DNA of 64,000 nucleotides from NCBI RefSeq assembly GCF_006345805.1, contig NC_043002.1, positions 56,668,001-56,732,000 on the forward strand. The letters are read 5' to 3'. This stretch comes from Octopus sinensis (taxonomy: Eukaryota). The notes under the pieces are model-generated. The model was given only the letters and a program-made list of their open reading frames with translations, searched no databases and had not been told where the DNA came from. The position numbers and the translations under genes are program-made. Of this stretch, positions 11,209-25,410 are shown one piece after another (position 1 is the stretch's first letter; each line of letters begins with the position of its first letter).

Positions 11209-14200
11209 TTTGCCCCAGGCCAGACATGTTCCATGGAAAACCAGAGACAAACATCATAGTTTGTATGACGGTGATATTTATTTACAGCCATTACATGATG
11301 ACATTATCAAGATACTGGCGCATGCACAAACACATACACACACACATGCTCAAGGTGTCATGAAGTGGAACTGAACCTGAAACCACATGGTTGGGAAGCT
11401 GACTTCCTAATCACTCAACCACACTTGCACCATGTTAACAATGGTTTAAATGGTTCCAGTATGGGAAATGAGACCATTTTATCAATTTTCACAATTTGCT
11501 TCTTCTGTTCAACCGAGAGTTTGGAGTCAACATAAAAAAAACTGAAGCCTTTTCAGGGTGGTTGTTAAATGAGATGTTGTGACATTCATGCATTTTCTTG
11601 AGTGTAAACAAAGTAAAAGAAATTAAATACTGGGACACAAGGAATGTGAAAGTTATGGACTGCTGATTACAGACTTGGGTCTTTTTACTACTACTACTAC
11701 AACAATCGACATGATGTTGTAGCCTTGAGCAAAGTATGGATACTCTTCTTGCTCCCATTTGCCTGACTAAAAACTAGAACAGATTCTATAACAGCTTCAC
11801 AGTCAAGTGCTTTAGCAGTTGTTTGGAAGGACATTTAGCTGGAGAAGAAACTGCTTTAACAAGAACCGTCTTTGGTGTGCATGCAAACCTAGAAGACAAA
11901 GGTAAAATGGGGTTGGAAAGGATCTGATGGGGATTTCATCATTGTTGAGCAGAAATAATGTTTGACCACTGAATTAAAACTTTTAAAATTTCAGATCTTG
12001 TACTGGAAGAAAAGTGTTGATATGATGTGGATTTCTTCTCATAAAACTAACAATAAATTTATATTAAAATAGGAGGGGGGGGGGTTCCCATCATCATCAT
12101 CTAATGTCTGTTTTCCATGCCAGCATGGGTGATTCAGTAACATTTGCCAGTGGTTTAGGAGAATTGGTAGAGCACTGCACAAAATCCTCTGCGGTATTTG
12201 ATTTTAGTCTTGAGGTGCAGGCGTAGCTGTGTGTTTATGAAACTCACTTCTCTCTATTTGACTTCAACCTTACTGTGTAGTAACCTTGGGCAAGTGTTAT
12301 CTTTTATAGTCCTGGGCTGACCAAAACCTTATGAATTGACTTGAAAGACAGAATCTGGAAGAAGCTTGCTGTACATACATGTTTACATCTGTGCTGCTCC
12401 AAAAGTTTTTGAACTATACAAATGGCAACGTTGTTGTTGTTCCCTCGTCAACAAATTGTCTGTTGGCTTTCGCTCCTTTGATGTGTGAAATAAGAGATAT
12501 CTTAGGGGACAGCCATAATACATTCATCTGACCCATATTGACATGGAAAACAATCAAACATCTGTTCTGATTTCAGATCCCACTTAGGTTGGCATGGTCT
12601 TTCATCTCCTGAAATTTGATAAAATAAGTACCATTTTACAAATATTTGATTTGACTCAAACCCTTGATAGTGATGCTCCAGCAGGGCTGTAGCCCAATGA
12701 TTGAAACCACTAAAAGAGTAAAACAATGTTATTCAGAATCAACCTTTTTTTTTTTTAAATCAGTCAATTTTTGAGTTAGTGGATCTAAATAGCTTATTAG
12801 CCTTAAATATTTTGTATTTAGTTCTCCATTCAAAACTCAGAAACTGATGAAATAAGTACCAGTAATATATGTGGTAGATACCATTCATTATACAACGTAT
12901 GTGGCTTTATGCTGAAGCAAGAAATCAATTGCTAATTATTTTCCCTTGTAAATTAATTTTTCTCTTTTTTTTTTTTCCTTAGAAAATGTTTTGTTTCTGA
13001 TTCACTTGCAATAGCTGAGTTACTTCCCTTCTTCTGTATCTCTAAACTGCAGCTTTGTATTTGGTTGAAAGATTTGAACCAAATTCCAACAGCTTTAATC
13101 AAATTAAAGAAACGGTTTGTTTTCATGGACTGGTTGTAGGGTTGACACATTTTTTATGTAGTAAACGCAAGTAAAAAAAATAATTTCAAAAACAAATTTC
13201 TTTTTACTATTTTAATTTTTCCCCCCCAAATATTTGTAGATAATCAATCAATGATCTGGTTTAGATTTGCAATAATATTGATTTATTTCAATCAGTAACA
13301 GATATGGCAAAAGCATTCACTTAACTACCTACTCATCTCCCTCTTTCCAATATTTCTCACATCATAATGAAGACAGTGGAAAACTTTTCTATCTGATATA
13401 TCAAGATATATAGATATATCAAGATATACTTCAAAAGTACAGATTTTCACCATTTTTTTTCTTTTGTCTTTACTTGTTTCAGTCATTAGACTGCAACCAT
13501 ACTGGGGCACTAAGCTGGTACTTATTGTATTGGTCTATTTTGCCAAACTGCTAAGTTACGGGGGATTTAAACATACTGTTGTTAAGTGGTGGGAGGGAAT
13601 ATACACACACACACACACATGTACGCGACACACTTCTTTCAGTTTCCATCTGCAAGATGCACTCTGGGGACATAGTAGCAGATACTTGCCCATGGTGCCA
13701 CAGTGAGACTGAACCTGGAACCATGTGTTTGGGAAATAAATTTCTTAATCACAGGAGGAGGAGGAGAGTGTTGCACTCTGTCTCCAGATGCAGAGTCAAC
13801 GTCTCATCAGGTAGTGAAGAAGCTTTAGGTGTATTGGCCTGTTCCATTGACATCAGTGTAGCAGACAAAATTCCCGCACTTTTAGTTTGATATGCTATAG
13901 CATTCACTGTTTTCAAAATAATTTTTAAAAATTTTAAATATATATATATGTATATACATTAATATATTAAACATTATATTAAAACTATGTAAGTGTGCAT
14001 ATTTTCCTTTTTTAATTTCTTATATACATTACAACCCACCACGTGGGGATAATCGAAATTCCTCTTTTCTGTAATTCTGTTACTACTACTACTACTACTA
14101 CTTATCTATATATATATATATATATATATATGTATTTTCTCTCTGAAACAATTTCTGTTTCGTTCAATGTTAAAATAAAATTGTGGTGGTTAAAAGGTTG

Positions 14201-14454
14201 TCTTTAAAAATATGTGGCTTCTGCAATCTTTAGAAAACTGTGTATGATAAAACTGGTTTCTATTCTAAGAAAACTATGTAGATTGGTGAATGCCAGCTTT
14301 TTAAAACTCTGTTGAACATCAGCTAAATACAGTATTTTTAGAAGTATTCTCCAGTTTTCCACCTGGATGGAACCATAATCTAGAGGCACGTATATCCATT
14401 TCACAAAACTACTCTTCCTCTCCCTCCATCATATTTTAATCTGTCAATATTTGG

Positions 14455-14721
14455 CTTAAGGCCACCTCCCTCAATACTACATCCCCAGTCAGTGAGGGAT
14501 CTTATTTTGCAAGTTACTTGGTGAACTCGTTAGAGCTGGTGCCATGTAAAAAGCATCCAATACGCTATGTACAGTGGGTGGCATTAGGAAAAGCATTTAG
14601 CCATAGAAACCATGCCAAATCAGTCAATGTGACATTGGAGCTGGGTTCCACCTGGCTAATTGGCTCTTGTTGAACTGTCTAACCCATGCCAGCATTGAAA
14701 ATGGACGTTAAATGATGATGG
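14455..14721 (+). mobile_element. RTE 3' UTR fragment (closely similar to 20-272)
   Basis: gccacctccctcaatactac..ggcattaggaaaagcat..cccatgccagcattg..gacgttaaatgatgatg. Confidence 0.7.
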
Positions 14722-15654
14722 TAAGATCAGATTGGAAATGGTCTCTGTGTGTCAAAGTGAATAAAAAAATGAAATTACAATCATTTATGGCTCTACAAAC
14801 AGTTTGGTTTCTGTTTGTTTTTTTAAATGCCACATGTTGTAATGACTTAAGATTTGGTTTGTCTCATGTAAGACTGGCATACAGGGAAGAAATAAATATT
14901 TCTAATCCCAATTGCACCCATTGATCATTGAATGGGGACAATTGTGATGTTAGGGGTAAATGTGGTGCCATCCTGTTGACTGGTCTTCTTAATAGACAAG
15001 TGAATATTTTTTTGCTTTTGTTTTTTGTCACTCCCTGTGCTCTTAGAATTAATTCATGTGAATTATGATGCCACAAAATATGAAGTGCTGTTAGTCACTA
15101 TAGTCCATTCACTTTGGACGTTGAAAATATTACCTGCTTAAAACATTGTACCAAGGAAACTTTCACTCTGTATCAAGGGAAGTAATCACAATTTTTATTT
15201 TTCTCTAAGTTACAGCAAAAATAATATTTTTACTCTATTTTCTTCAATTGAATTTTTATTGTTTTGCTAATCAAAGATCGCTAAGGACAACCCGAGAGTT
15301 TTTCTATACAATATGTCGCATATTCAGTTAACAGGTTGTAGTCTTAGGAATTTGTTCAGTGTTTTTCTTCTTAATTTGTCAGTTACCCCTTACCTTTTCT
15401 AATCCTTAACCAATGATGATAGTCCTCTCCCCATAAAGTCAACTTAACTGTGGTAGCTTTTGTTAATTTTCTTTTAGAAGTTTATTTTCATTTTATTAAT
15501 ATTCCCTCAGTCTTGCAAATCTTGCAGCTTCTCTTAACACATCTGGCAGCACCCCAATTAGTAAGCATTTGGCTAGTAGCAATGAACAGATTCTAGTTAC
15601 ATGTCAAATTATGTAAATAGTTTAAGTCTACTTGGTGAAACTTTGAAATACATG

Positions 15655-15697
<43 letters not shown>

Positions 15698-15946
15698 ATA
15701 TATATATAATATATATATATATATCATCATCACCATTTTAATTTTCACTTCTCTGTGTTTATATTGGTCAAATGGAATTCATTGAAGCAGATTTTCTATT
15801 GCTGGATGCGTTCTTGTTGCCAACCTGCACTTGTTTCCATGCAAGCTAATATTTCTCCTTGCTGAGACATGCTTTTAATGGAAGACTGGAAATGAATGAT
15901 GGCTTGTGTGCTTGTGTAACTGTGGCACTCATTTACAGCTATCATG

Positions 15947-16867
15947 TGCTAGGAGACAAATTTTGGGGGTAAAATGATCATAGAAATTTTTGGCCATCCA
16001 CTTTTGGATTAGGCAGGCTGTGTGAGAAGGAGCAGCTTCTTGCTGGGACATGTATGGCCTCTACCAAGGAACTGTCTCGATACACGGCTTAAGAGTTGTC
16101 TCCATTATCTTAATGTAGGCTGCCACATTGATCCTAAGACCTTGTGGAAAAAGTGAGGAGGCATGAGATAGCTCTTACTGCTCGAAAACCATCACAGACA
16201 ATGAAAACTTGTGCATAATAACTGGGGACTTTAGTGGGGCTGGCACAGAGCCATCTGTCATTCCTCCTGTTCACTTGTCATCTGAGAGGAACCAGAACAT
16301 GTCAAGCTCCTCAGGGTGTATGAGTTTGTTCAGTAACTGCTTTGACTAGTATGAGTTTGTTCAGTAACTGCTTTGACTAGGTCACATAGTTATCCCAAGT
16401 CTTATTGGATATGAACTTCCCCCTTTTCTTAATAAGAGATTTGTGCCTGATCTCTGTGCACCACATGTCTAATTGTTGACTCTGTTACATAGAAATGATT
16501 GGTAGTGGTCCTGATTGGCTTGCTAGGATTCTCATTGATGATGCCCTTGAATCTTCTGATGATGTCTGACTGTTGTGAATGCTTTTTCCTTTTGGTCACA
16601 AAAGACATATTCCTGCCAAAGGTCAGAAGCTCTTTTCTAATCTTAAACACAAAGGACCTGGTGACATTTAAGAAGGTTGCAATCTCAGAATACCAACTAA
16701 GGTGATGAAAATGTTATATTTTGTCATCTGCATTAAGATTTGACCCTTCCATGTTGGGGCTGAAAAAAAAATTGTTTTTAATAAAAATAAAAAAGAGAGG
16801 ATATTTAAACGTTTGGGCCACTTATGGTTCTTAAAATGTTTTGTTCCCAAATTACTGAGATATCCTG
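15947..16867 (-). pseudogene. Decayed Tc1/mariner DD37D (maT/Bmmar1-like) transposon: left end plus transposase remnant truncated before the third D
   Basis: Minus-strand peptides with stops and frameshifts: KRKKHSQQSDII..INENPSKPIR, KRGKFISNKT, SKQLLNKLIHPEELDMFWFLSDD, VNRRNDRWLCASP, MPPHFF, QGLRINVAAYIKIMETTLKP, RPYMSQQEAAPSH, WMAKNFYDHFTPK. The terminus reads TA|caggatatctcagtaattt at 16869-16849. Confidence 0.85.
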
Positions 16868-18092
16868 TACCTATGCATGCAGAGAGAGAGAGAGAGGGAG
16901 AGAAAATAGGTGAGAAAGGATTCAGAAATTTTGGTAGTTACCTGAGACAGCATTCTTGCAAGCATTGGCTATCTGAATGTGTATGAAGCAAAAACACTGT
17001 CATACTAACTGAAAACCTTCAAGTTGTGGAGTATAAATAATAAGTGGTGAATAAAGTTGTTGGAATTACATTTGTTCCACAACAACATATGGGTGACAAA
17101 TCAAATAACATGCATTCTTCACGTGTGTGTGTGTTAGTATGCACTGACATTGTTTTATTTTTGCTAGAAAAACTAACTGAACAATAGAAACATTTAAACA
17201 TATCACTAATCTTTTGTGTTATCTGTTCTTCTCATTTGATGTACGTAAAAATATAATAAATCCACTTAGAGAATCTGTTTTTGAGTCAAGTAATAATAGA
17301 CAATGTGGCAAAATATTTTGGTCGTTGAGACTCGGTTAATTAATTTTAATTATACGAGTTGAACAAATAATTAATTAAAGAAAAAAAGAAAATGAAGCAA
17401 CTTAACCATGTCACTGGTGTAATAATGGTGTGCATAATGGTTACTTTGTAATTTTTGCAAAACATGGCTCTCGGCTAATTCTTGTTGTAGGAGACAATTT
17501 TTTAATGTAATTTTATTGGACTGAGTTAAGTATATAACTTAAGTTCATGGTTATTTGAATATTAAAACTAATTATTAGCTGTTATTTACAGCTTTTTAAT
17601 GTTCCAAATGCTTGTTATCAGCCAATTATCAATGTCGTAAATTGATAGTGAAAGTATATTTTGTGGGAGTTTGTAAAATGGTGTGTGTGTCTGTGTGCGC
17701 GAGTGCACGTGCATGCATGTGGTGAGACTGATTTGGTCGAGAGAGGTATTGATTGTTGCATATAAGAGTTTACTGCAATTCAGAAATTGGGTGAGAATGA
17801 ATGACACAAGGTGATATAGAAAAACAAATGTCTCCTTGTTTGGTGATTGATTTAAAGTAGTTATTATTAGTTTGTTGTTAGTGATGATCAATGACATCAC
17901 ATAGCAGAAGATGACTGGGCATTGTGTGTCTGGCTGTGGCCAATCAGTCCAATGCATGCTTGGGAGGCTCTGCTGCAGATGGGGTACTGGTGTTGTGTTG
18001 GGATTTAAGACAAGGGGTTGGCTCTGGACTTGTGTAGTTCGCGTCTTCTTTGTGCCTTTGCAATTCTGTTCTGTTTGAGGTAGTTACCGATA

Positions 18093-19190
18093 TAGGTGCA
18101 GATGTAGCTGTGAGGGTAAGAAGTTTGCTTCTTAATTATGTGGATTCAGGTTCAATCTCATTGTACAGCACCACAGGCAAGTGTCTTCTATAGCCCTGGA
18201 CCAAACAATACTTATGAGTGATTCTAATGGATAGAAACTGTGTAGAAACCTGTTGTACGTATAGGGTGTGTTTGTGTATCTTGATGTTTACCCCTTATCC
18301 CATTGGTGGACAATGGGTGTTGGTTTGTTTATGTCCCTGTAGCTTAATGGTTTGGCAAAGGAAACAATAGAGTAATTACAAAGCTTAAAGTCAGAACTGG
18401 AGTCAGTTTGTTCAGTTAAAACCCTTCAAGGTGATGCCCCAGTATGGCCACAATCCAATGGCAAAAAGACTGCTCCATTCTTTGTTTTCTGATCTTAGTG
18501 TTAGAATTTCTTGATTTCTGCTTAGAGATTTTTTTTTCTTCTTGTTAACAATACTGAATTTTAAATGTTTGGGAATGGCAGTTTTTGTTAGTTTTTTCTT
18601 TAAATTGAGTGACATGTGGAATATTATGTTGTTATGGTTACCTTCATTGTTTTTATTTCAGTTTTGTAATTTGCCAGAATTTAGCAGAACATTTCCAGAC
18701 AAATTCTTCCATGTAGAATACGTATTTATATATTTAGAAAATAGACAGGAAAAAAAAAAAAGAAACTGAAATTATTGAATTATTATCAGTCAGAAGTATT
18801 CAGATTGTTCTCAATTGTTAAATCGGTTTAGTTTTTCACTTGTTTCAGTCATTAGACTGTGGCCGTGCTGGGGCACCACCTTGAATGTTTAGTCAAATGG
18901 ATTGACCTCAGTACTTATTTTTTAAGCCTGGTACTTATTCTATCAGGGGTTTTTTTTTGCCAAACTGCTAGGTTATGGAGATGTAAACAAACCAACACTG
19001 GTTGTCAAGTGATGGTGGGGCTCAAACACAGACACAAAGACATACGCATACATATGAAGGGCTTTCTTTCAGTTTTCACCTACCAAATCCACTGCCAAGA
19101 CACTTGCCCAGGGTGCTACACAAAGGGACTGACCCCAGAACCATGTGGTTAGGAAGCAAGCTTCTTACCACACAGCTATGCCTGTGCCTA
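18093..19190. mobile_element. Convergent pair of SINE A1 copies (18093-18465 on +, 18832-19190 on -)
   Basis: Family A head and tail motifs in opposite orientations. Confidence 0.75.
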
Positions 19191-19399
19191 TTTATAGAAA
19201 AAAATAGTGGGAAAAAAGGCAAAATAATGGTAAATTTGACTTTTGTCACCTTTTATGGTTATAAAAAAGAAGGGCTGGAATTTTTCTTGAGATGACTCAT
19301 GTGGCTATCATTGTGTCCTTAAACAATGCCCTTGATTCTATTTATGTGATGCAGCCTAGGAAGTGGGGGAATCATTCTGATTATTGAATCATTTGACAA

Positions 19400-19630
19400 T
19401 TAACCCTTTTGATACCAACCTGCCTGAAACCATCTCTGGTCCTATAATACAAATTTCTTGTTTTAAAGTGATCTAAATTAAAACCTTGTTTTCAGATTTC
19501 ATTTTAATTTATATTCCAAACATCAGCTGGATAATGACAAAGTTATTTACTAAATTCTTTATTTTTTCCAAAATCATTTGAAGCTAAGGCATTGTTTTTT
19601 TAAAAAGAAATGTGGTAACAAAAATGTTAA
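19400..19630 (+). mobile_element. TTAA-flanked piggyBac-like MITE, family P2
   Basis: ttaacccttttgatacca..tggtaacaaaaatgttaa. Partial copies near 19730, 24805, 29930, 33415 and 53288. Confidence 0.75.
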
Positions 19631-20260
19631 ACACTAGCTAGAAATGCTTCAATTTGAAGAAGCATCTATCTAAAGTTGGCATATATTGAAAAGAAAAAAA
19701 TAGTTGAAGGAAATGTTATAAAATTGTCTGCCATGTTTCTGCTAAAATCACTGCTTTTGTTTCAGTTAATTTTGAAAGTAAATTATTCAATGAATGTGTC
19801 ATTATTAAGCTGGTGTTTTGAAACACAAACTAACATAAAGTTTTGATGGTAGATTTTAATTTAGAGGACTTTAAAATAGGGAATTTGCATCATAGCTAGA
19901 ACTAGGGCAGTCTCTGGTGGGGTGGTTTTAGTTCTTGTTGCTTGCTTTTAGCTAGCAACAGAAATGGTAGAATCATTCAATAACAAAGTCTGGCATTTAT
20001 TTATTTATTTTATTAGGAATAAAAACAGACACAAATAAGACAATCTTTAGGGAGTCCTCTGTGGTGACATTTACCCTGTGAGATTAGTAACACCCAGAGA
20101 TGTGTATTTGATAAAGCCAGAAGTGCATTTAACCCAACCTTCAGCAGTAGTCATTAGCTCAAGCTACAATAATTTTTGTTATTACTTGCTAAAATTATTG
20201 TCACTAGTAGCAGGCGTGGTGGTGGCAGCAGCAGCAGTAGTAGTAATCATAGTATAAAAA

Positions 20261-20876
20261 TCATCATCATCATCATCATTATTTAATGTCTGCTTTCCAT
20301 GCTGGCATGGATTGGATGGTTTTACTGAAAACTGGTAAGCAGAGGGGCTGCACTAGGTTCCAATCTGATTTGACAAGATTTCTATGGCTGGATGCCCTTC
20401 CTAATGTCTACCACTCAGAGAGTGTAGTGGGTGCTTTTTACGTGCTGCCGGCATGGGTGCCATTGGCCTGACACCAGCAACGGTCATGACATGTTTGGCT
20501 TGACAGGTAAGCACAAACATGATATATCGCCAAGAGTCTTGGTCACCTGTCACTGCCTCCCAGAGGCCCAATGCTTGAATGGTGCTTTTTACGTGCCAGT
20601 CAGATGGCACTGGTATCAGCCATAACTCCAATTTCACTTGGTTTAAGAGATCTTCACAAGTACAGTATATTGCCCAATGATTCAAGGGTGCTTTTAACAG
20701 GCCAGCTATGTGACACTGGCATCAGCCACGACTACAATCTCACTTGGCTTGGCGGGTCTTCTCAAGCACAGCATATCTCCAAAGCTCTTGGTCTCTTGCC
20801 ATTGCTTCTGTAAGGCCCAACATTTGAAGATTGTGCTTCACCACCTCATCCCACGTCTTCCACAGGTTCCCTCGAC
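20261..20876 (-). mobile_element. RTE LINE 3' end (same family as 36190-36919)
   Basis: Reverse complement has gagggaacctgtggaagacgtgggatgaggtggtgaagcac..gctgtgcttgagaagacc. Ends with ccatgccagcatgg and a tail seen as (CAT)n on +. Confidence 0.85.
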
Positions 20877-22275
20877 GCAGGGTTAATATTTATTTTAGAG
20901 ATAGTCTTAAAAAGTCATTAAACTTATATTAATCAACAAATAATAATTACTGTGTTAAATATTCTAATGCTTATGGTTTGTATCTTTTGTTGTTGAAATA
21001 GGGCTAAAACTATCCTGACCATACCAAACTTTTTTTTTTACCATTATATTGTCAGTATGGAATCTAAAATAAGAGTTATTTCTCTCTCTAAAAATACCTA
21101 ATTAAACTACAAAAATAAACATCTGTTCAACAAATTTGCATGGCAAGTAATAAGCTAAAATATTGTAGTTTTGCTTTTTAGCATGTTTTTTAAAAAAATA
21201 TTTTCTGTAGTGTTTTTTTTTAATGCTCAACAAAAACAAATATTGCTTGTTCAGTTTTTGTGCTGTTCCATATTTATCTTGAAATTGTATGAAACAATGT
21301 TATTTTATAATATTTGTTACATTGCTACTATATTTACAGTAACGATGATTAGTAACTCATTTCACCTTCCAGCCTTTTTTTCTATCTTCTCTTAATAATG
21401 CTATAACAATCACATGGGTTGGACAGAATTTGTTGAAGCAAATCTTTCAGTGGTCAGATACTTTTCCTGTTTACTGACCTTTACTTTTTTCCAAGTAAGA
21501 AAATATTTCCCCATGGCCAGGCATCTGTTCACCAAAGAGTGGAAATGAAGGACACTGCTTGTATGATATTGACACTCATTTACAACTGTTACATGATGTC
21601 AAGGCAAAGTGATGCTAACTTATATGCACGTGCACACACACACACACACACACAAATACATATATATCTACACACACACACATACACACGCCCCATGCAA
21701 TATGGGCTTCCAGTTTGCTTTTACCAAATCCACTCCCAAGGTTTTGGCTAGCCTGATGCTTTGATAGAAAACACTTATCTAATATATCATACGGTGGAAC
21801 TGAACCCCAAACCATGTAGTTGGAAAGTAGGTTTCTCATCCACATCACTACGCCTACATGCATAATAATGTATTTCCAATATGAAAACTTCTAACTGCAC
21901 ATTCCTCTCTCTGACTTTATATTGGTGATAGGGATCAGTGCTATGAATTTTTCTACACAATGCTTACCATTTTAAATGTTAAGGACTTGTTTAAATAGTC
22001 TTTATTTTCCAAGTAAAGAAAATCTATTAAATGTCAATGTAGATTGCCTGCCAGGTATAAACAGGAAGCGAATTCCAATCTTACTAGCTGCAAAATTAGG
22101 CAAACGTAATAAATTTTCTTTTTTTAAAGAGAATTCAAGTATTCTCTTCTCTTAAAAAGAGAGAGAGAGAAAATTGATTTTTTTTTTGTTTGTTTAAAAT
22201 TTTTTTCACTAAATAATCAAAGTCAGTATCTAAAAGAATTTACAAGGCTTTATAATATCTTTTATCTTGAGTGAT

Positions 22276-22602
22276 GGTGCATGGCTCAGTGGTGAGAGCA
22301 TCATGAGGTTGTGAGTTCGATTCCAGGACCAGGTTGTGTATTGTGTTCTTGAGCAAGACACTTTATTTCATGTTGCTCCAGTTCACTCAGTTGTAGAAAT
22401 TAGTTGTGATGTCACTGGTGCTATGCTTTATCGGCCCCTTTGCCTTTTCCTTGGATAACATCAGTGGCATGGAGAGGAGAGGCTGGTATGCATGGGTGAC
22501 TGCTGGTTTTCTATAAACAACCTTGTCCAAACTTGTGCCTTGGAGGGTAACTTTCTAAGTGCAATCCCATTGTCATTCATGACCAGAGGAGGTCTTTACC
22601 CT
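22276..22602 (+). mobile_element. tRNA-derived SINE family D; related copies at ~37290-37400 (-), 42143-42370 (+), 46838-47132 (+)
   Basis: A box tggctcagtgg, B box gttcgattcc, then ttgtgttcttgagcaagacactttatttcatgttgctccag. Confidence 0.7.
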
Positions 22603-23039
22603 ATCTTTTACATGTTTCTATGACCTTGCTGGAGCACTGCCTTGAAGAAGGAATCAACCTCAGTACCTTTTTTACTTTTTAAGCCTGGTACTTATACTAT
22701 GAGTCTCTGCTAAGTTACAGGGACCTAAACACACCAACACTGGTTGTCAAATGGTGGTTAGGTACACATGTGCGCGCGCATGCATGCATACACACACACA
22801 CACACACACACACAAATATAATAGGCTTCTTTCTATTTTTGTCAACCAAATCTACTTACAATACTTTGGTTGACCTGAAGCTACAGTAGAAGGCACTTGC
22901 CCAAGATGTCACGCAGTAGAACTGAACCCAGAACCATGTGGCTGGGAGCAAGCATTTTACTACACAGTCATCCCCTCCCCCCGTATCTCTTACTCCATCC
23001 AGTTTATGCCTGTGTGAAATAGATGCAGGAAAAGGGTAA

Positions 23040-23490
23040 TAATAATAACAACAATAATCCTTCTATGAGCACAAGGATAGTTGATCACATCGACCCCAAT
23101 ATTTGACTAGTACTTAATTTATCGACCCTGAAATGATGAAAGCAAAGTTGACATTGGCAGAATTTGAACTCAGAATGTAAAGACGGATGAAATGCTCCTA
23201 AGCATTTTGCCTGGCATGCTTACGGTTCTGCCAACTTGCTGCCTCAGTAATAACTTAAGCACAAGGCCAGCAGTTTTGGAGGAGGAGATAAGTTGATTAC
23301 ATTGACCCCAACTGGTACTTATTTTATCAACCCCGAAAGGATGAAAAGCAAAGTTGACCTCGGCAGAATTTGAAATCAGAACGTGAAGATGCACAAAATG
23401 CTGTGAAGCCTTTTCCCTGGCATGCTAATGCTTTTGCCATTCACTGATGATGGTAATAATAATAGCTATAATAATAATAATAATAATAAT
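23040..23490 (-). mobile_element. Tandem SINE B copies embedded in (AAT)n
   Basis: atgaaagcaaagttgac..ggcagaatttgaa..cagaa occurs twice, flanked by aataataat. Confidence 0.75.
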
Positions 23491-25077
23491 AGTTCATATT
23501 TGTTTCATGGAAGGAAAATTAACCTTCTTGCATAAATTATTGTGAATGGGAATTTCATCTTAATTATTGTACAGTAATATTGCTCTTAGAATCTTATTAG
23601 ATCTACTCATGCATGGCAAACTGGACATTAAGTTGAAGGTGGTGGTAGCTGGGAGTGAATTGTCCCTATTCAGTTTCCCTGCCATCACCCCTTTATCATT
23701 TCTTCCCCCCCCCCCATCATGCTGTGTGTGTAAAACAAGGAATGGCATCAGATTTATCTGTATTCACTCCTCCACCAACACCCTTCCCCCCTTTCTCTTT
23801 CTTTCTCTACTCCTTCTCTTTGGTACTGATCTTTATAGCTGTCCATCACTTCTTCTCTTATTCATCACTCATCCTTATGACTATCCTACACTCTCACAGC
23901 CTGTCTCCTTCCTATCATTCTATGCCCCTCCCCCACTCAGTACCACTCCTGTTTTCTATCCAATCTCCTCAACAACAACCAAAATGTAGCTGCCTATTTC
24001 ACACTCTCCTCTTGCTTATCTCTCTCTCACACTCTGTCACTCATCTAGTTCACATTGCTTTAAATGAACAGAAACAGTGATAGCGAGAGAGGGGGGGGGA
24101 GAGAGAGAGTAAAGGCCTTGTGCTAATATGCTGATAAAATGTATTGAGTACATTCTGTAAAGTGTTTGGTGAGTGAAAGGAGACAACATAACTAGAGGAG
24201 ACTCTTTAGTCTTGCTGAGTACACAACCCCTTTTATGCTGGTGCCCTGATGAAGTACTCTCTGTAAAGTGTTTGATGTTTAAGGGTAGCACTCAATCCTG
24301 CAAAAAGTGGAACCAACAAACAATATTGGTCCAGACTTTGATATTGATCTTAGCCTAGGCCGAGGCCCAGGAAGGGAAGCAATTTCAAATAGGAACTAAC
24401 TTAGACTGTAATGGCCCATCCAGTTGATGCTAGCATGGAAGGTGGATGTAAAATGATGGTGATAATGATGTCTTGTTTGTAAATCTCTTCAGTTAATTTT
24501 CACTAAACCTTTGAGACCATGCTGGATTACTGCCATAGAGGTCAACATAAGACAAAAATGTCTTTACACAAAAATGTATAATTTTAGAAAGAAAGAAAAA
24601 TTACATCTTTTTTACTTTGATATTCAGCCAATTTACCAGGTAGAAATGGAAGTAATCATGATGATGATGGTGTTGGTGAAAGCAACAGTTTGAGATTTGA
24701 GTTTCAAAAGTACATAAGTCACACTGCAACCAATTTGAATTGAGTGCTTTTTAGCTGCAGTGTCTTCAACTGCTTTCATTTCAATCTATTGGATTGTGTA
24801 AAGTTTACCACTTTTAATACCAACCCACCTGAGCCCCCTCCCCCACTGGTTCTATGATACAAACTGCCTATTTTAAAGGGATCTAAATTAAAAACTTCCA
24901 TCAAAATGTCATGTTAATTCATGTTCCAATTAATAATAATAGAGTTATTATACTAAATTATTCATTATTTTCTAAATTAAAATGACAGTGCATTTCAAGG
25001 TTATGAAAAATTTAAATAAATGACCATTCCATTAGGTTTTGTTTGTTTTGTACCTTATTTACATTTCACGGATACGT

Positions 25078-25118
25078 AACGTTTCGGCTGATATACCATC
25101 CAGCTTTCATCAGGTGTC
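25078..25118 (-). ncRNA. Hammerhead core with the stem I 3' strand deleted
   Basis: Minus strand reads gacac CTGATGA a agctg-gatggtatat-cagcc GAAAC GTT, followed by a ~30-bp deletion relative to the other arms. Confidence 0.55.
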
Positions 25119-25410
25119 TTGGGGACATTTTAAACCTGGGTTCTCATTCCTAAGGTATTTTTCAATGTTGTTGATGTTGATGTTGTTCAGGTCACTGCTT
25201 GGAATCAAACTCACAATCTCAGGGTTAGTAGCCTGCACTCTTAACCACTATGCCATATGCCCATGAGCATATGGCATAGTGGTTAAGAGCGCATGCTACT
25301 AACCCCTAGATTTCGAGTTTGATTTCAGGCAGTGACTTGAATAATAATAATACTATTAGTAACATCGAAAATACCTTAGGAATGAGAACCCAGGTTCGAA
25401 ATTTCCCCAA

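Noticed and set aside
11600-11930. Possible very old LINE RT C-terminus (VKEIKYW, GHLAG)
   Set aside because: Motifs are too short and degenerate to support a call.
23567-24080. 140-aa overlapping ORFs
   Set aside because: Pyrimidine-rich low-complexity sequence that is poor in stop codons; no recognisable domain.
25265-25340. Possible genuine tRNA gene
   Set aside because: Has A and B boxes and an anticodon-like loop but no proper acceptor stem, and it is fused to a repeat body, so it is a SINE-type head.
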